Origin: Chitinophagaceae bacterium
GTDB lineage: Bacteria; Bacteroidota; Bacteroidia; Chitinophagales; Chitinophagaceae
Reading direction: 5' to 3'
Assembly (NCBI GenBank): GCA_035298945.1
Contig: DATGXN010000007.1
Location: forward strand, 1,479 to 65,478
Length of the DNA stretch: 64,000 nucleotides
The notes under the pieces are model-generated. The model was not told the DNA's origin and searched no databases. It was given only the letters and a program-made list of their open reading frames with translations. The translations under genes and the position numbers were made by a program. Of the stretch, positions 1 to 9,013 are shown one piece after another (position 1 is the first letter of the stretch; every line of letters begins with the position of its first letter).

Positions 1-2
1 GC

Positions 3-428
3 CGGGGTGGCTATCTAAGATCCGTGGGGAATTTCCCTGAACAGGAAAACCTGGCCACCATGGTACTCGATATCAGGGGATTTTTGTCTTTTGCCTTGTT
101 CTGGGCCCTGGCCATGATCAACCGGAAAAACTCATCTTCGCATATGCGGTATATGATCGCCACGGGCATCCTCGCTATTGGACCTGGGGTAGGTAGAGGT
201 TTGATCACTCAATTGGGGATCAATTTTCACGATGCGATCACCATAACCGATCTTATCGAAGTTGCTATACCCGCGATCTGCCTGGGCTACGATATTTACA
301 AGAAGAAGAACTATAAGCCCTGGCTGACCATATTGGTTGTTCTGGCAATTGGAGGATTGCTATGGCAGGTCAAGTATTCCGAAGGCTGGCAGGCCTTCGC
401 CGCCAAATACGCCGCCTTGTTTTACTGA
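3..428 (+). CDS. 5'-truncated integral membrane protein
   Basis: Frame is open from base 3 (RGGYLRSVGNF...) to TGA 428, so the true start lies upstream of the window; four hydrophobic segments. Confidence 0.7.
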   Translation, partial: RGGYLRSVGNFPEQENLATMVLDIRGFLSFALFWALAMINRKNSSSHMRYMIATGILAIGPGVGRGLITQLGINFHDAITITDLIEVAIPAICLGYDIYKKKNYKPWLTILVVLAIGGLLWQVKYSEGWQAFAAKYAALFY

Positions 429-522
429 TAACTAATATCGTAACGCATAACACTTACCGTTAGATGGGGCAGCATTTTCATGAAATGATCATGCTTGCCT
501 GTTATTGACTATTTTAGGCGTT

Positions 523-1845
523 ATGAAAAGATCCCTTTTTGTATTCATCCTGTTTTTAAATTTCACTGCCCAGGCCCAGGTACTTGCTCCACGTGAACAA
601 TCTGTCATCATTGACGAGCTGCTGGCAGACAGGATCAATAATCTATTGCCGGGTTTAATGGAAAAGGCCGGAATCGATATGTGGATTCTGATCAGCAGGG
701 AATACAACGAAGATCCGGTTCTTAAAACATTTCTTCCATCAACATGGCTCTCCGCAAGGCGCAGGACCATCATCGTATTCTATAACGATCCTTTAAAAAA
801 ACAGTACGAAAAACTGGCCATAGCAAGATATAATGTTGGAGAAACCATCAAGGCTTCCTGGGATATGCAGAAATTTCCCAACCAGTGGGATGCGCTCGTA
901 GATATCATCAATACAAGAAACCCGAAGAAAATAGCCATAAACACGTCGGTGGATTTTGGCCATGCAGACGGAATGGTATATACCGAACACAAAGAGTTCA
1001 TGGAAAAGATCGGCGCCGCCAACCAGAAGAAAGTTGTGTCTGCCGAAAAGCTTGCAGTGAACTGGCTTGAAACAAGAACAGAAAGAGAGATGATGATCTA
1101 TCCGCAACTGGTGCAGATCACCCACGATATTATCAAAGAAGCATTCTCTGAGAAACTGATCACACCAGGCATTACCACTACAGATGATGTGGTATGGTGG
1201 TTCAGGAAGAAATTCCGCGATATGGGTCTGGATACATGGTTTCATCCTTCAGTGGATATCCAACGGCAGGACTCCGCCAATTTCGATCATCTCAGAAGTT
1301 TTGCTAACAGACCAAAGGACCAGGTGATCATGCCTGGAGATCTTTTGCACTGCGACGTGGGCATCACCTACCTGCGTTTGAACACGGATATTCAGGAACA
1401 TGCATACGTTTTGCAACCAGGTGAACATGAATTGCCTGCCAGTTTGAAAAAAGCTATGGCCAATGGCAATCGCCTGCAGGATATTCTTACTTCAAAATTC
1501 AGGAACGGGACAACGGGAAATAAGATGTTGGCGGAAGCGCTTTCACAAGCGAAGTCCGAAGGCCTGGTACCCAGCATTTACACACATCCCCTCGGATTTC
1601 ATGGTCATGCAGCAGGTACTACCATCGGCATGTGGGATAAACAGGGCGGTGTTCCGGGTGACGGAGATTATCCATTAATGCCTAACACCGTGTTCTCCAT
1701 AGAACTGAATGCAGCTACAGAAATACCCGAATGGAAAAAAAGTGTAAGGATCATGCTGGAAGAAGATGGTTATTGGGATGGTCATCAATTCAGGTATATC
1801 AATGGACGGCAGAAAGAAATATTTCTAATACCGAGAGTGAATTAA
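523..1845 (+). CDS. Secreted M24-family (pita-bread) metallopeptidase
   Basis: Signal peptide MKRSLF..AQA; metal ligands in CDVG, TDIQE, HPLGFHGH, IELN, LEED. Start moved from TTG 505 to ATG 523. Confidence 0.85.
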   Translation: MKRSLFVFILFLNFTAQAQVLAPREQSVIIDELLADRINNLLPGLMEKAGIDMWILISREYNEDPVLKTFLPSTWLSARRRTIIVFYNDPLKKQYEKLAIARYNVGETIKASWDMQKFPNQWDALVDIINTRNPKKIAINTSVDFGHADGMVYTEHKEFMEKIGAANQKKVVSAEKLAVNWLETRTEREMMIYPQLVQITHDIIKEAFSEKLITPGITTTDDVVWWFRKKFRDMGLDTWFHPSVDIQRQDSANFDHLRSFANRPKDQVIMPGDLLHCDVGITYLRLNTDIQEHAYVLQPGEHELPASLKKAMANGNRLQDILTSKFRNGTTGNKMLAEALSQAKSEGLVPSIYTHPLGFHGHAAGTTIGMWDKQGGVPGDGDYPLMPNTVFSIELNAATEIPEWKKSVRIMLEEDGYWDGHQFRYINGRQKEIFLIPRVN

Positions 1846-1862
1846 TTGATTTGAGTTGATAT

Positions 1863-2585
1863 ATGGAGCTAATACCAATACGTTTAACCTACAACTTTAA
1901 TGATCAGGAAGTCATTCTGCATCCTACCATCATAAAAGCAGAAGAAGGAATGTGGTTGGTGGACTGTGGGTATGAAGGGTCTTTGTCCATGATCAAAGAT
2001 GAATTTTCAAAGCGAGGCCTGAAAATGGAAGATCTGGATGGCGTTATTATTTCCCATGATGATATCGACCATCTTGGAGCACTGAAAGAGATCAAAGATG
2101 CATTTCCCTGGATTAAAGTGTACAGTTCGGATATAGAAGCCCCCTACGTATCTGGTTATTTAAAATCATTGCGTCTCCAGCAGGCGGAAGATCTTTTTCC
2201 CTCATTACCCGAAGAACACAGAGCCTGGGCAACAGCATTTCAGGCGCAACTCAGATCAGTCAAGAGAGTGCCAGTAGATCAGACCTTCTCAATTGACGAA
2301 ATATTTTCTAAAGGAATTCAGATCATTAATACACCAGGACATACACCTGGGCATATTTCAATTTATCTACCTGATCTGAAAATCCTGATAGCATCTGATG
2401 CCATTGTGATTGGGAATGGCGAATTAGGTATTGCTAACCCGCAATTTTGCCTTGATCTCCATGAAGCCAAAAACTCTGTAAAGAAATTGTCGGCCCTTGA
2501 AATAGAAATAATGGTCTGCTATCATGGCGGGATTGAAACTGTTGATATAAGCACCAAACTGCTAAGATTGATTTCAGGAATCTGA
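1863..2585 (+). CDS. MBL-fold metallo-hydrolase
   Basis: VDCG, SHDDIDH, TPGHTPGH, SDA and CYHGG motifs. Confidence 0.85.
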   Translation: MELIPIRLTYNFNDQEVILHPTIIKAEEGMWLVDCGYEGSLSMIKDEFSKRGLKMEDLDGVIISHDDIDHLGALKEIKDAFPWIKVYSSDIEAPYVSGYLKSLRLQQAEDLFPSLPEEHRAWATAFQAQLRSVKRVPVDQTFSIDEIFSKGIQIINTPGHTPGHISIYLPDLKILIASDAIVIGNGELGIANPQFCLDLHEAKNSVKKLSALEIEIMVCYHGGIETVDISTKLLRLISGI

Positions 2586-2699
2586 ATAGACAGCGGACGG
2601 CTAGCCATGCAATTTCACTGCATGATTTGATATTCCGTTGATATTAAATTCATTACAGATTATAACAGATTTCAGTTGCTACCACGGGTAAGAACAAAC

Positions 2700-2731
2700 G
2701 ATATAATATTTGAAAAGAGAAATATTATATC
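2700..2731. promoter_or_regulatory. Perfect 12-bp inverted repeat (candidate operator)
   Basis: GATATAATATTT-gaaaagag-AAATATTATATC in the 338-bp intergenic region upstream of the ScyD/ScyE gene. Confidence 0.4.
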
Positions 2732-2923
2732 TAGATTTAGTAAAGGAATACGGATCTGAGTCTTGTTGAAAATCCTGACAGCCGTATTTTCTTGATTATC
2801 GCTCTCTCCAAACAAGCTGCATCATTCCGATGCCCAGTTAACAGTGTTTATGTCATTCAGTTCATTGCCTGATCGCTCGGGTAAATTTTTTATTCTATTA
2901 ACACACTAAAAAATGGAGGAGTT

Positions 2924-4102
2924 ATGAAAAGATCAAACCTGCTGTTGATGCTAGTTTGTGCTTTAGTCTTGTTCGTTGTTTCCTGTCAGAAAGAAGTCAG
3001 TAAGAATCTGCAACCTGTTGGCGAGAAAAAAGCAAGTGCCCTGAATTACATGGACAGGGCAGCAGCACTCAAAAAAACTTCCACTCTGGAACCTTCTGCA
3101 ATCGGGAATATTTCAGTGTATGCTACGGGCCTCTACAACCCACGTGGCCTGAAATTCGGTCCTGATGGAATGCTTTATGTAGCGGAAGGTGGTCCTGGCG
3201 GAGGTACAATGAGTACGGGCTGCGCCCAGGTCGTATTCCCGGTTGGGCCTTATTTAGGAATGCCAACAGGTGGTAGGGTTTCAAAGATCAGTGGTGCTGG
3301 TGTTCGTACCACAGTGACTGATCGGTTGCCAACCAGTTCAGCCAATGAGATCATTGGCGGAGACGTGGAAGGTGTTGCTGATGTCGCGTTTGTCGGGAAT
3401 ACATTGTACGCTTTACTTGCTGGTGGCGGCTGTTCTCATGGAGTACCCAGTGTTCCAAATGGAATTGTGAAAGTGAACAATGATGGCAGCTGGAATATGG
3501 TCGCCAATCTTAGCGCCTGGCAAATGGCACATCCGGTGGCACAGCCGGAGGAAGATGATTTTGAACCCGATGGTACCTGGTATAGCATGATCAATGTAGA
3601 AGGGGTGCTGTATGCACTTGAACCTAATCACGGAGAACTTGTAAAAGTGACTACGGCTGGCAACATATCCAGAGTGGCTGATATTTCTGCCACCCAGGGA
3701 CATATTGTGCCAACTGTATTGGCTTACAGGGGAAATTTCTTTGTAGGTAATCTTCATCCTTTCCCGAATCCGGGTGGCGCGTCAAAGATCTACAAAGTGA
3801 ATCCGGCAGGACAGGTTAAAATTTGGGCCGAAGATCTGAACATGGTGCTTGGGTTGGTCATAGACGAAACTAGCAGGATGTATGTTCTCGAGATGGCAGT
3901 AGGCTCACCTTTCCCTGAGCCAGGCTTAGGCAGAGTGATCCGTATTGATCCGGGTGGAAGCAGAACTGTGATCGCAACAGGTCTTAGTCTTCCAACAGGC
4001 ATGACCATGGGTCCTGATGGTAATTTATATGTTTCCAATTGGGGATTTGGTCCTCCTGCACTGGGCGGTGGCCAGGTGCTGAAAATTGAATTGCCTCATT
4101 AG
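2924..4102 (+). CDS. ScyD/ScyE-family beta-propeller lipoprotein
   Basis: Lipoprotein signal VVS-C; repeated PRGLKFGPDG.LYVAE, PTGMTMGPDGNLYVSN blades; GGKVSKI-like and NH/PFP motifs typical of the family. Confidence 0.8.
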   Translation: MKRSNLLLMLVCALVLFVVSCQKEVSKNLQPVGEKKASALNYMDRAAALKKTSTLEPSAIGNISVYATGLYNPRGLKFGPDGMLYVAEGGPGGGTMSTGCAQVVFPVGPYLGMPTGGRVSKISGAGVRTTVTDRLPTSSANEIIGGDVEGVADVAFVGNTLYALLAGGGCSHGVPSVPNGIVKVNNDGSWNMVANLSAWQMAHPVAQPEEDDFEPDGTWYSMINVEGVLYALEPNHGELVKVTTAGNISRVADISATQGHIVPTVLAYRGNFFVGNLHPFPNPGGASKIYKVNPAGQVKIWAEDLNMVLGLVIDETSRMYVLEMAVGSPFPEPGLGRVIRIDPGGSRTVIATGLSLPTGMTMGPDGNLYVSNWGFGPPALGGGQVLKIELPH

Positions 4103-4115
4103 TTTTTTTTTGAAC

Positions 4116-4150
4116 AAGATCCTCCTGTAAAATCAGGGGGATCTTTTCGT
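4116..4150 (+). terminator. Intrinsic terminator after the ScyD/ScyE gene
   Basis: AAGATCCTCCTG-taaaat-CAGGGGGATCTT (one G-U pair) followed by TTCGT. Confidence 0.7.
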
Positions 4151-4167
4151 TAAACCAGTACTTCAAT

Positions 4168-4216
4168 TATCACATTTATATGTGATAGGCTATGTGATTG
4201 GGTAGAAATAGTTTTG
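4168..4216 (+). promoter_or_regulatory. Promoter with palindromic operator upstream of the GIN-domain gene
   Basis: TATCACAT-N4-ATGTGATA (4168-4187), an extra ATGTGAT half-site (4192-4198) and a -7 box TAGTTTTG (4209-4216) matching the Bacteroidota TAnnTTTG consensus. Confidence 0.5.
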
Positions 4217-4232
4217 CGTTCAAAGATTGGAT

Positions 4233-4889
4233 ATGAAAAAGACAGGATTTATGCTTCTTGGCACAATGGTTTTATTATTGTCAGCATGCGAAAAGAACAG
4301 CCTCAGGGGATCTGGTGATACGATCTCTGAAACAAGAACAACTGCTACATTCAAGGCTGTGGAAACACATTACAATATCAAAGCGGTCATCAGTTACGGC
4401 GCTACCCGGGAAGTTCGTGTAACCGGCTACGAAAATTTGCTGCCAGTTGTTAAAACCGAAGTGACAGACGGCGTGTTGAAGCTCACATTCGATGAAAAGT
4501 ATAGCACCATTAAGAATGGAAACGTTGTAGCCCAGATAACTGTTCCGGAAATTGAAAAAGCAACTGTGCATGGCAGCGGTGATATAGAGATCTATAATTT
4601 CAACAATGGGTCGAGGATCGATGCACATATACGCAGCAGTGGAAATATCAAAATCGCAAACTCAAGATATCAGTCGGCCGGACTTCACATAAATAGCAGC
4701 GGAAACATTTCTTCTCAGACACTTCAGGCTAAACAGGCAGAAGCTTTTATTAATGGCAGTGGGAACATTTTTGTTTCTGTGGAAGATTTACTGAAAGCGA
4801 CCATCAATGGCAGTGGTAATATAAACTATTGGGGGCAGCCCGTTGTGGAGACCGAGATACACGGCACCGGACGAGTGATCAGGAAATAG
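4233..4889 (+). CDS. Head GIN-domain (DUF2807) lipoprotein
   Basis: Lipobox LSA-C; repeated GSGDI/SSGNI/GSGNI beta-helix motifs; C-terminal GSGNINYWGQP. Confidence 0.85.
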   Translation: MKKTGFMLLGTMVLLLSACEKNSLRGSGDTISETRTTATFKAVETHYNIKAVISYGATREVRVTGYENLLPVVKTEVTDGVLKLTFDEKYSTIKNGNVVAQITVPEIEKATVHGSGDIEIYNFNNGSRIDAHIRSSGNIKIANSRYQSAGLHINSSGNISSQTLQAKQAEAFINGSGNIFVSVEDLLKATINGSGNINYWGQPVVETEIHGTGRVIRK

Positions 4890-4957
4890 GCCGGGCTCAC
4901 CATGCTGATACTTCCCACCGGATATTTTTCTTTATTATCTTTAATAAGAATCGTTCT

Positions 4958-5509
4958 ATGGGAAAGTTTTATAAAGAAATAATTGAGGATCACGCCAGGT
5001 TCATTCGTGAACAACATATGTTTTTTGTGGCCACGGCGCCTCTGAGTGCTGATGGAAAGATCAACCTTTCACCCAAAGGATTGGATTCCTTTCGGGTGCT
5101 TGGCGAGAACCTGGTTGGATATATGGACCTGGTCAGCAGCGGCAATGAAACTTCTGCGCATACCCTGGAAAACGGACGTATTACATTCATGTTCTGTTCT
5201 TTTGAGGGAGATCCAAAGATCCTGAGACTGTATGGGAAAGGCCGTGCGGTTTTGCCCGGATCCGGGGATTGGGATCAATATGCTGCTCATTTTGAGATTT
5301 ATCCCAGTACCCGGCAGATCATTGTTGCTGAGATAGATCTGGTGCAGACCTCTTGTGGATTTGGAGTGCCGTTATTCGAATATGCCGGAGAAAGAGATCT
5401 TCATTTCAAATGGGCTGATAAAAAAGGAGCAGATGGGTTGAAAGAATACATCCAGGAGAAAAATCTTGTAAGTCTTGATGGATTACCAACGGATCTGGGC
5501 ACAACATAA
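4958..5509 (+). CDS. Pyridoxamine 5'-phosphate oxidase-like FMN-binding protein
   Basis: FFVATAPL, INLSPKG, GSGNETSAH-like, RITFMFCSF and QTSCGFGVP motifs. Start moved from TTG 4829 to ATG 4958. Confidence 0.85.
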   Translation: MGKFYKEIIEDHARFIREQHMFFVATAPLSADGKINLSPKGLDSFRVLGENLVGYMDLVSSGNETSAHTLENGRITFMFCSFEGDPKILRLYGKGRAVLPGSGDWDQYAAHFEIYPSTRQIIVAEIDLVQTSCGFGVPLFEYAGERDLHFKWADKKGADGLKEYIQEKNLVSLDGLPTDLGTT

Positions 5510-5520
5510 TTCCACAAACC

Positions 5521-6453
5521 TTGACCCCTCTAAACGGAAATATCCTTGATACAGTAGGCAATACCCCAATGGTAAAGCTGCAGAATATTGTTCCGGAAAA
5601 CTGCGCCGATATTTTTGTAAAACTGGAATATTATAATCCTACGGGCTCATTCAAAGATCGTATGGCGAAGGCGATCATTGAACAGGCAGAAATTCGCGGC
5701 GACCTGAGACCGGGAATGACGGTTCTTGAATGTACAGCAGGCAGTACAGGAACATCACTGGCATTTGTCTGTTCTTTAAAAGGCTACCCTTTTAAAGTGA
5801 TCTCTTCAGATGCATTTGCCAGGGAGAAATTGCAGGCCATGCGTTTGTTTGGCGCAGACCTGGACTTGTTCCCAAGTGAAGGAAAAGGGATCACACCTGA
5901 TTTAATTCCCACCATGATGGGCCTGGTAAGGGATCTGAGTGCCAATGAAAATTATTACTGGACCAGGCAGTTTGAAAATATTGATGCGTTTGAGGGTTAT
6001 CGGGCCATGGGTAAGGAGATCCTGGCCCAGGCAGATAAATCACCTGATGTGTTTTGTGCGGCAGTAGGTACAGCAGGTATGTTTGCGGGAGTGTCATTAG
6101 CACTTAAAGATGCAGAGCCGGGTATTCGTGTCATTGCACTCGAGCCTGAATCATCTCCGTTGCTTTCTAGAGGAGTAAAGGGCAGCCACAAAATAGATGG
6201 TATTGCCGTAGGGTTTGTTCCACCATTATTAAGCCTGGCAAAATATGACCAGGTGCAGACTGTTGAAGAGTCGGAAGCCAGGGCAATGGCAAAGAAATTG
6301 GCAAAGGAAGAAGGCATATTTGCAGGTACTTCAACCGGACTGAACGTGGTTGGAGCCATTCGCATTGGAAAAGAATTAGGACCTGGCCACTCGGTTGTTA
6401 CAGTAGCTTGTGATTCTGGTATGAAATATATGGGCACGGGCCTGTTTGACTAG
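5521..6453 (+). CDS. PLP-dependent cysteine synthase family protein
   Basis: VGNTPMV, NPTGSFKDR (PLP lysine), GTAG, HKIDGIA, GTSTG, KYM. Confidence 0.85.
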   Translation: MTPLNGNILDTVGNTPMVKLQNIVPENCADIFVKLEYYNPTGSFKDRMAKAIIEQAEIRGDLRPGMTVLECTAGSTGTSLAFVCSLKGYPFKVISSDAFAREKLQAMRLFGADLDLFPSEGKGITPDLIPTMMGLVRDLSANENYYWTRQFENIDAFEGYRAMGKEILAQADKSPDVFCAAVGTAGMFAGVSLALKDAEPGIRVIALEPESSPLLSRGVKGSHKIDGIAVGFVPPLLSLAKYDQVQTVEESEARAMAKKLAKEEGIFAGTSTGLNVVGAIRIGKELGPGHSVVTVACDSGMKYMGTGLFD

Positions 6454-6522
6454 AGTATTTCACTTCTCCGTTTGCTGAACTTGGTTATGCTTATTGATCC
6501 CAAATGAATATCTTCAACATCG

Positions 6523-7470
6523 ATGAAGAATCTCGCAAGAAAAACAGTTTTGGTCCTGGTCTCGATCGTTTCGATCCTTGTTCTGAGCATACTGATCTTT
6601 TCCAAATCGGATATTCCTGTTGACAAACTCAAAAAGAAATATGCCAATCCTCCTTCGCAATTTGATTCTGTGAAGGGCATGAATGTTCATTACCGGGATG
6701 AGGGACCTGCAACGGACAGTATCCCTTTAGTACTCTTACATGGAACTTCATCTTCCATTTTTACCTGGAACGCATGCGCATCAGCATGGTCAAAAGACCA
6801 CCGGGTGATCAGGATGGATCTCCCCGGATTTGCACTGACCGGTCCTGATCCCAATGGCAACTACAGCATTGAGGGATACGTAGCATTCTTACACGAATTC
6901 CTGAAAAGGCGCAATGTGAAGATCTGTTACCTGGCAGGCAATTCTCTGGGCGGGCAGATAGCATATGCATATGCGGCTTACTATCCTGGTGAAGTCAAAA
7001 AGCTGATTCTGCTGGATCCCGCAGGATATAGCTCTCCCAAAGCAAAAGGCTCCCTGGGTTTCGCTTTGGCCAGGATACCAGTGCTTAAAAATCTTCTTAC
7101 TGTTATTACACCATCATCTGTAATTAGAAAAAGTATCGAAGATGTGTATGGTGATAAGTCGTTGGTTACTGATAGCCTGGTGCAGTTATATGAAGACATG
7201 ACCTGCCGTGAAGGGAACCGAACTGCGTTGCTGAAAAGACTGAGCCTGCAGAATGTAGATACTAACCTCGTGAAAAGAGTCACTGCACCAACCATGGTCA
7301 TATGGGGTGACCAGGATTTTTTGATCCCCCTGGATAATGCTTACAAATTTCAAAGGGATCTTTCTAACGATACCTTGGTGATCATGAAGGGTATAGGCCA
7401 CCTCCCCATGGAAGAAAGTCCTGAGAAACTTATACCACTGGTGAACGAGTTCATCAGATCTTTCCAATAG
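6523..7470 (+). CDS. Alpha/beta-fold hydrolase with N-terminal membrane anchor
   Basis: LLHGTSS, DLPGF, GNSLGG nucleophile elbow, WGDQD, GH. Confidence 0.85.
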   Translation: MKNLARKTVLVLVSIVSILVLSILIFSKSDIPVDKLKKKYANPPSQFDSVKGMNVHYRDEGPATDSIPLVLLHGTSSSIFTWNACASAWSKDHRVIRMDLPGFALTGPDPNGNYSIEGYVAFLHEFLKRRNVKICYLAGNSLGGQIAYAYAAYYPGEVKKLILLDPAGYSSPKAKGSLGFALARIPVLKNLLTVITPSSVIRKSIEDVYGDKSLVTDSLVQLYEDMTCREGNRTALLKRLSLQNVDTNLVKRVTAPTMVIWGDQDFLIPLDNAYKFQRDLSNDTLVIMKGIGHLPMEESPEKLIPLVNEFIRSFQ

Positions 7471-7489
7471 AATCATATCAATCGAGACC

Positions 7490-9013
7490 ATGTATAAATA
7501 CCTTTTCGTTTTACTTGTTTTCCTGTCTGTTTCCGGGTATTCTCAATTAAGCACTGATCAGCAGCTTGCGAAGATCAAATTAGCCGGATACCAGCAATCA
7601 CAGGTTAAGAAAATGTTCCACCAGCTTACCGATGTGTACGGGCAAAGGCTTACCGGATCCAGAGAATACTACGCCGCAGCAAAATGGACAGCTGCCACAA
7701 TGAAAGAGATCGGCTTAACAAATGTGCATTTCGAAAACTATTGTAAGGACTGCCGTGGATGGTCTATGAAAAGCTTTAACGTTGAGATGGTGGCGCCAAA
7801 CTTTATGCATATCGTTGCTTATCCTCTTGCCTGGACAAAAAGTACCAACGGGACCGTAGAGGGCGAATTGATTCATATTGAGAACTGGCGGACATTGGAT
7901 TCTGTAAAAAAGAATTTCTCCGGAAAGCTAAAAGGCAAGATCGTTCTGCTTGGCAAGGAGCCCCGGCAGGTTAATTTGACCGATACTGTATTCGCAAGGT
8001 TGAGTGAGAACCAATTGAAAAAGATGGAAACTCAATTGGTGCCGGAAGAAAAAACAACACCCCTTCCGGATATGCTGGATCGATGGGCTGGGGAGAATGT
8101 GGAGGATCAGCCTTTCCTTGAATTTGTCGAGAAAGAAGGTGCTTTGGCCATCCTGAGAACCAGCCCGAAGATGACAGGGATACTGAACGTCAGTGGCACC
8201 TATTATTATAAAGAGTCCAACATCAAGCCGCTTCCTTATTTTTCAATCATGCCGGAGCATTTTGGCAGGATGCTTCGTTTGCTTAAGCAAGATCTGCCTC
8301 CGAAAGTCCGGCTGAACCTGGAAACATCATTCTATCTGGAACCGGATAACAATGTGAATATCATCGGGGAGATCGAAGGTTCTGACCCCGCGCTAAAATC
8401 CGAATTGATACTAATCGGCGGGCATTTTGATTCCTGGCACCTGGCCAGCGGGGCCACTGATAACGGGGTGAGTTGTGTAGTGCTGATGGAGGCTTTGAGG
8501 ATATTGAAGCAGTCCGGACTAAAACCGAAAAGATCCATAAGGATAGGTTTGTGGGGCGGAGAGGAACAGGACTTCGTGGGTTCGGTTTCCTATGCGCGAG
8601 AACATTTTGGAGAACTGAAGTCAAAGCCAAATGCTGAATCAGAGAAAGTATCGGCATATCTGAATCTTGATAATGGGGGTGGTGCGATCCGGGGTATTTA
8701 TCTGCAGGGGAATGAAATGGCAGGCCCTGTTTTCAATGGTATTTTCGGAAAGGCTCCTTCGTTGGCTGCAAATACATTGACGATAGAAAACACAACCAGC
8801 ACGGATCATGAAACCTTCGATTATTATAATATTCCTTCTTTCCAGTTCATACAGGATCCCCTGAGTTATGAAACGGTCAACCACCACACGCACCTGGATT
8901 TTCCTGAGTATGTACCGGAAGAAGATATGATGAAGAACGCAGTGATCCTGGCATGGACCATTTACAATCTTGCCGATATGGAAACAAAGGTTCCAAGAAA
9001 ATCTAAAAAATGA
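7490..9013 (+). CDS. Secreted M28 metallopeptidase (carboxypeptidase Q-like, PA domain)
   Basis: RLTGS, GGHFDSW, GATDN, GEEQ, NLDNG, STDH, HHTHLD; signal peptide. Confidence 0.85.
   Translation: MYKYLFVLLVFLSVSGYSQLSTDQQLAKIKLAGYQQSQVKKMFHQLTDVYGQRLTGSREYYAAAKWTAATMKEIGLTNVHFENYCKDCRGWSMKSFNVEMVAPNFMHIVAYPLAWTKSTNGTVEGELIHIENWRTLDSVKKNFSGKLKGKIVLLGKEPRQVNLTDTVFARLSENQLKKMETQLVPEEKTTPLPDMLDRWAGENVEDQPFLEFVEKEGALAILRTSPKMTGILNVSGTYYYKESNIKPLPYFSIMPEHFGRMLRLLKQDLPPKVRLNLETSFYLEPDNNVNIIGEIEGSDPALKSELILIGGHFDSWHLASGATDNGVSCVVLMEALRILKQSGLKPKRSIRIGLWGGEEQDFVGSVSYAREHFGELKSKPNAESEKVSAYLNLDNGGGAIRGIYLQGNEMAGPVFNGIFGKAPSLAANTLTIENTTSTDHETFDYYNIPSFQFIQDPLSYETVNHHTHLDFPEYVPEEDMMKNAVILAWTIYNLADMETKVPRKSKK

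Noticed and set aside
2745-2800. Known riboswitch upstream of the ScyD/ScyE gene
   Set aside because: I could not match conserved cores of SAM, TPP, cobalamin or c-di-GMP aptamers by eye.
4829-4957. N-terminal extensions from upstream TTG/ATG starts (also 9920, 19712, 20999, 39678, 53796, 56286)
   Set aside because: They overlap neighbouring genes or promoter boxes and precede the recognisable domain or signal peptide.
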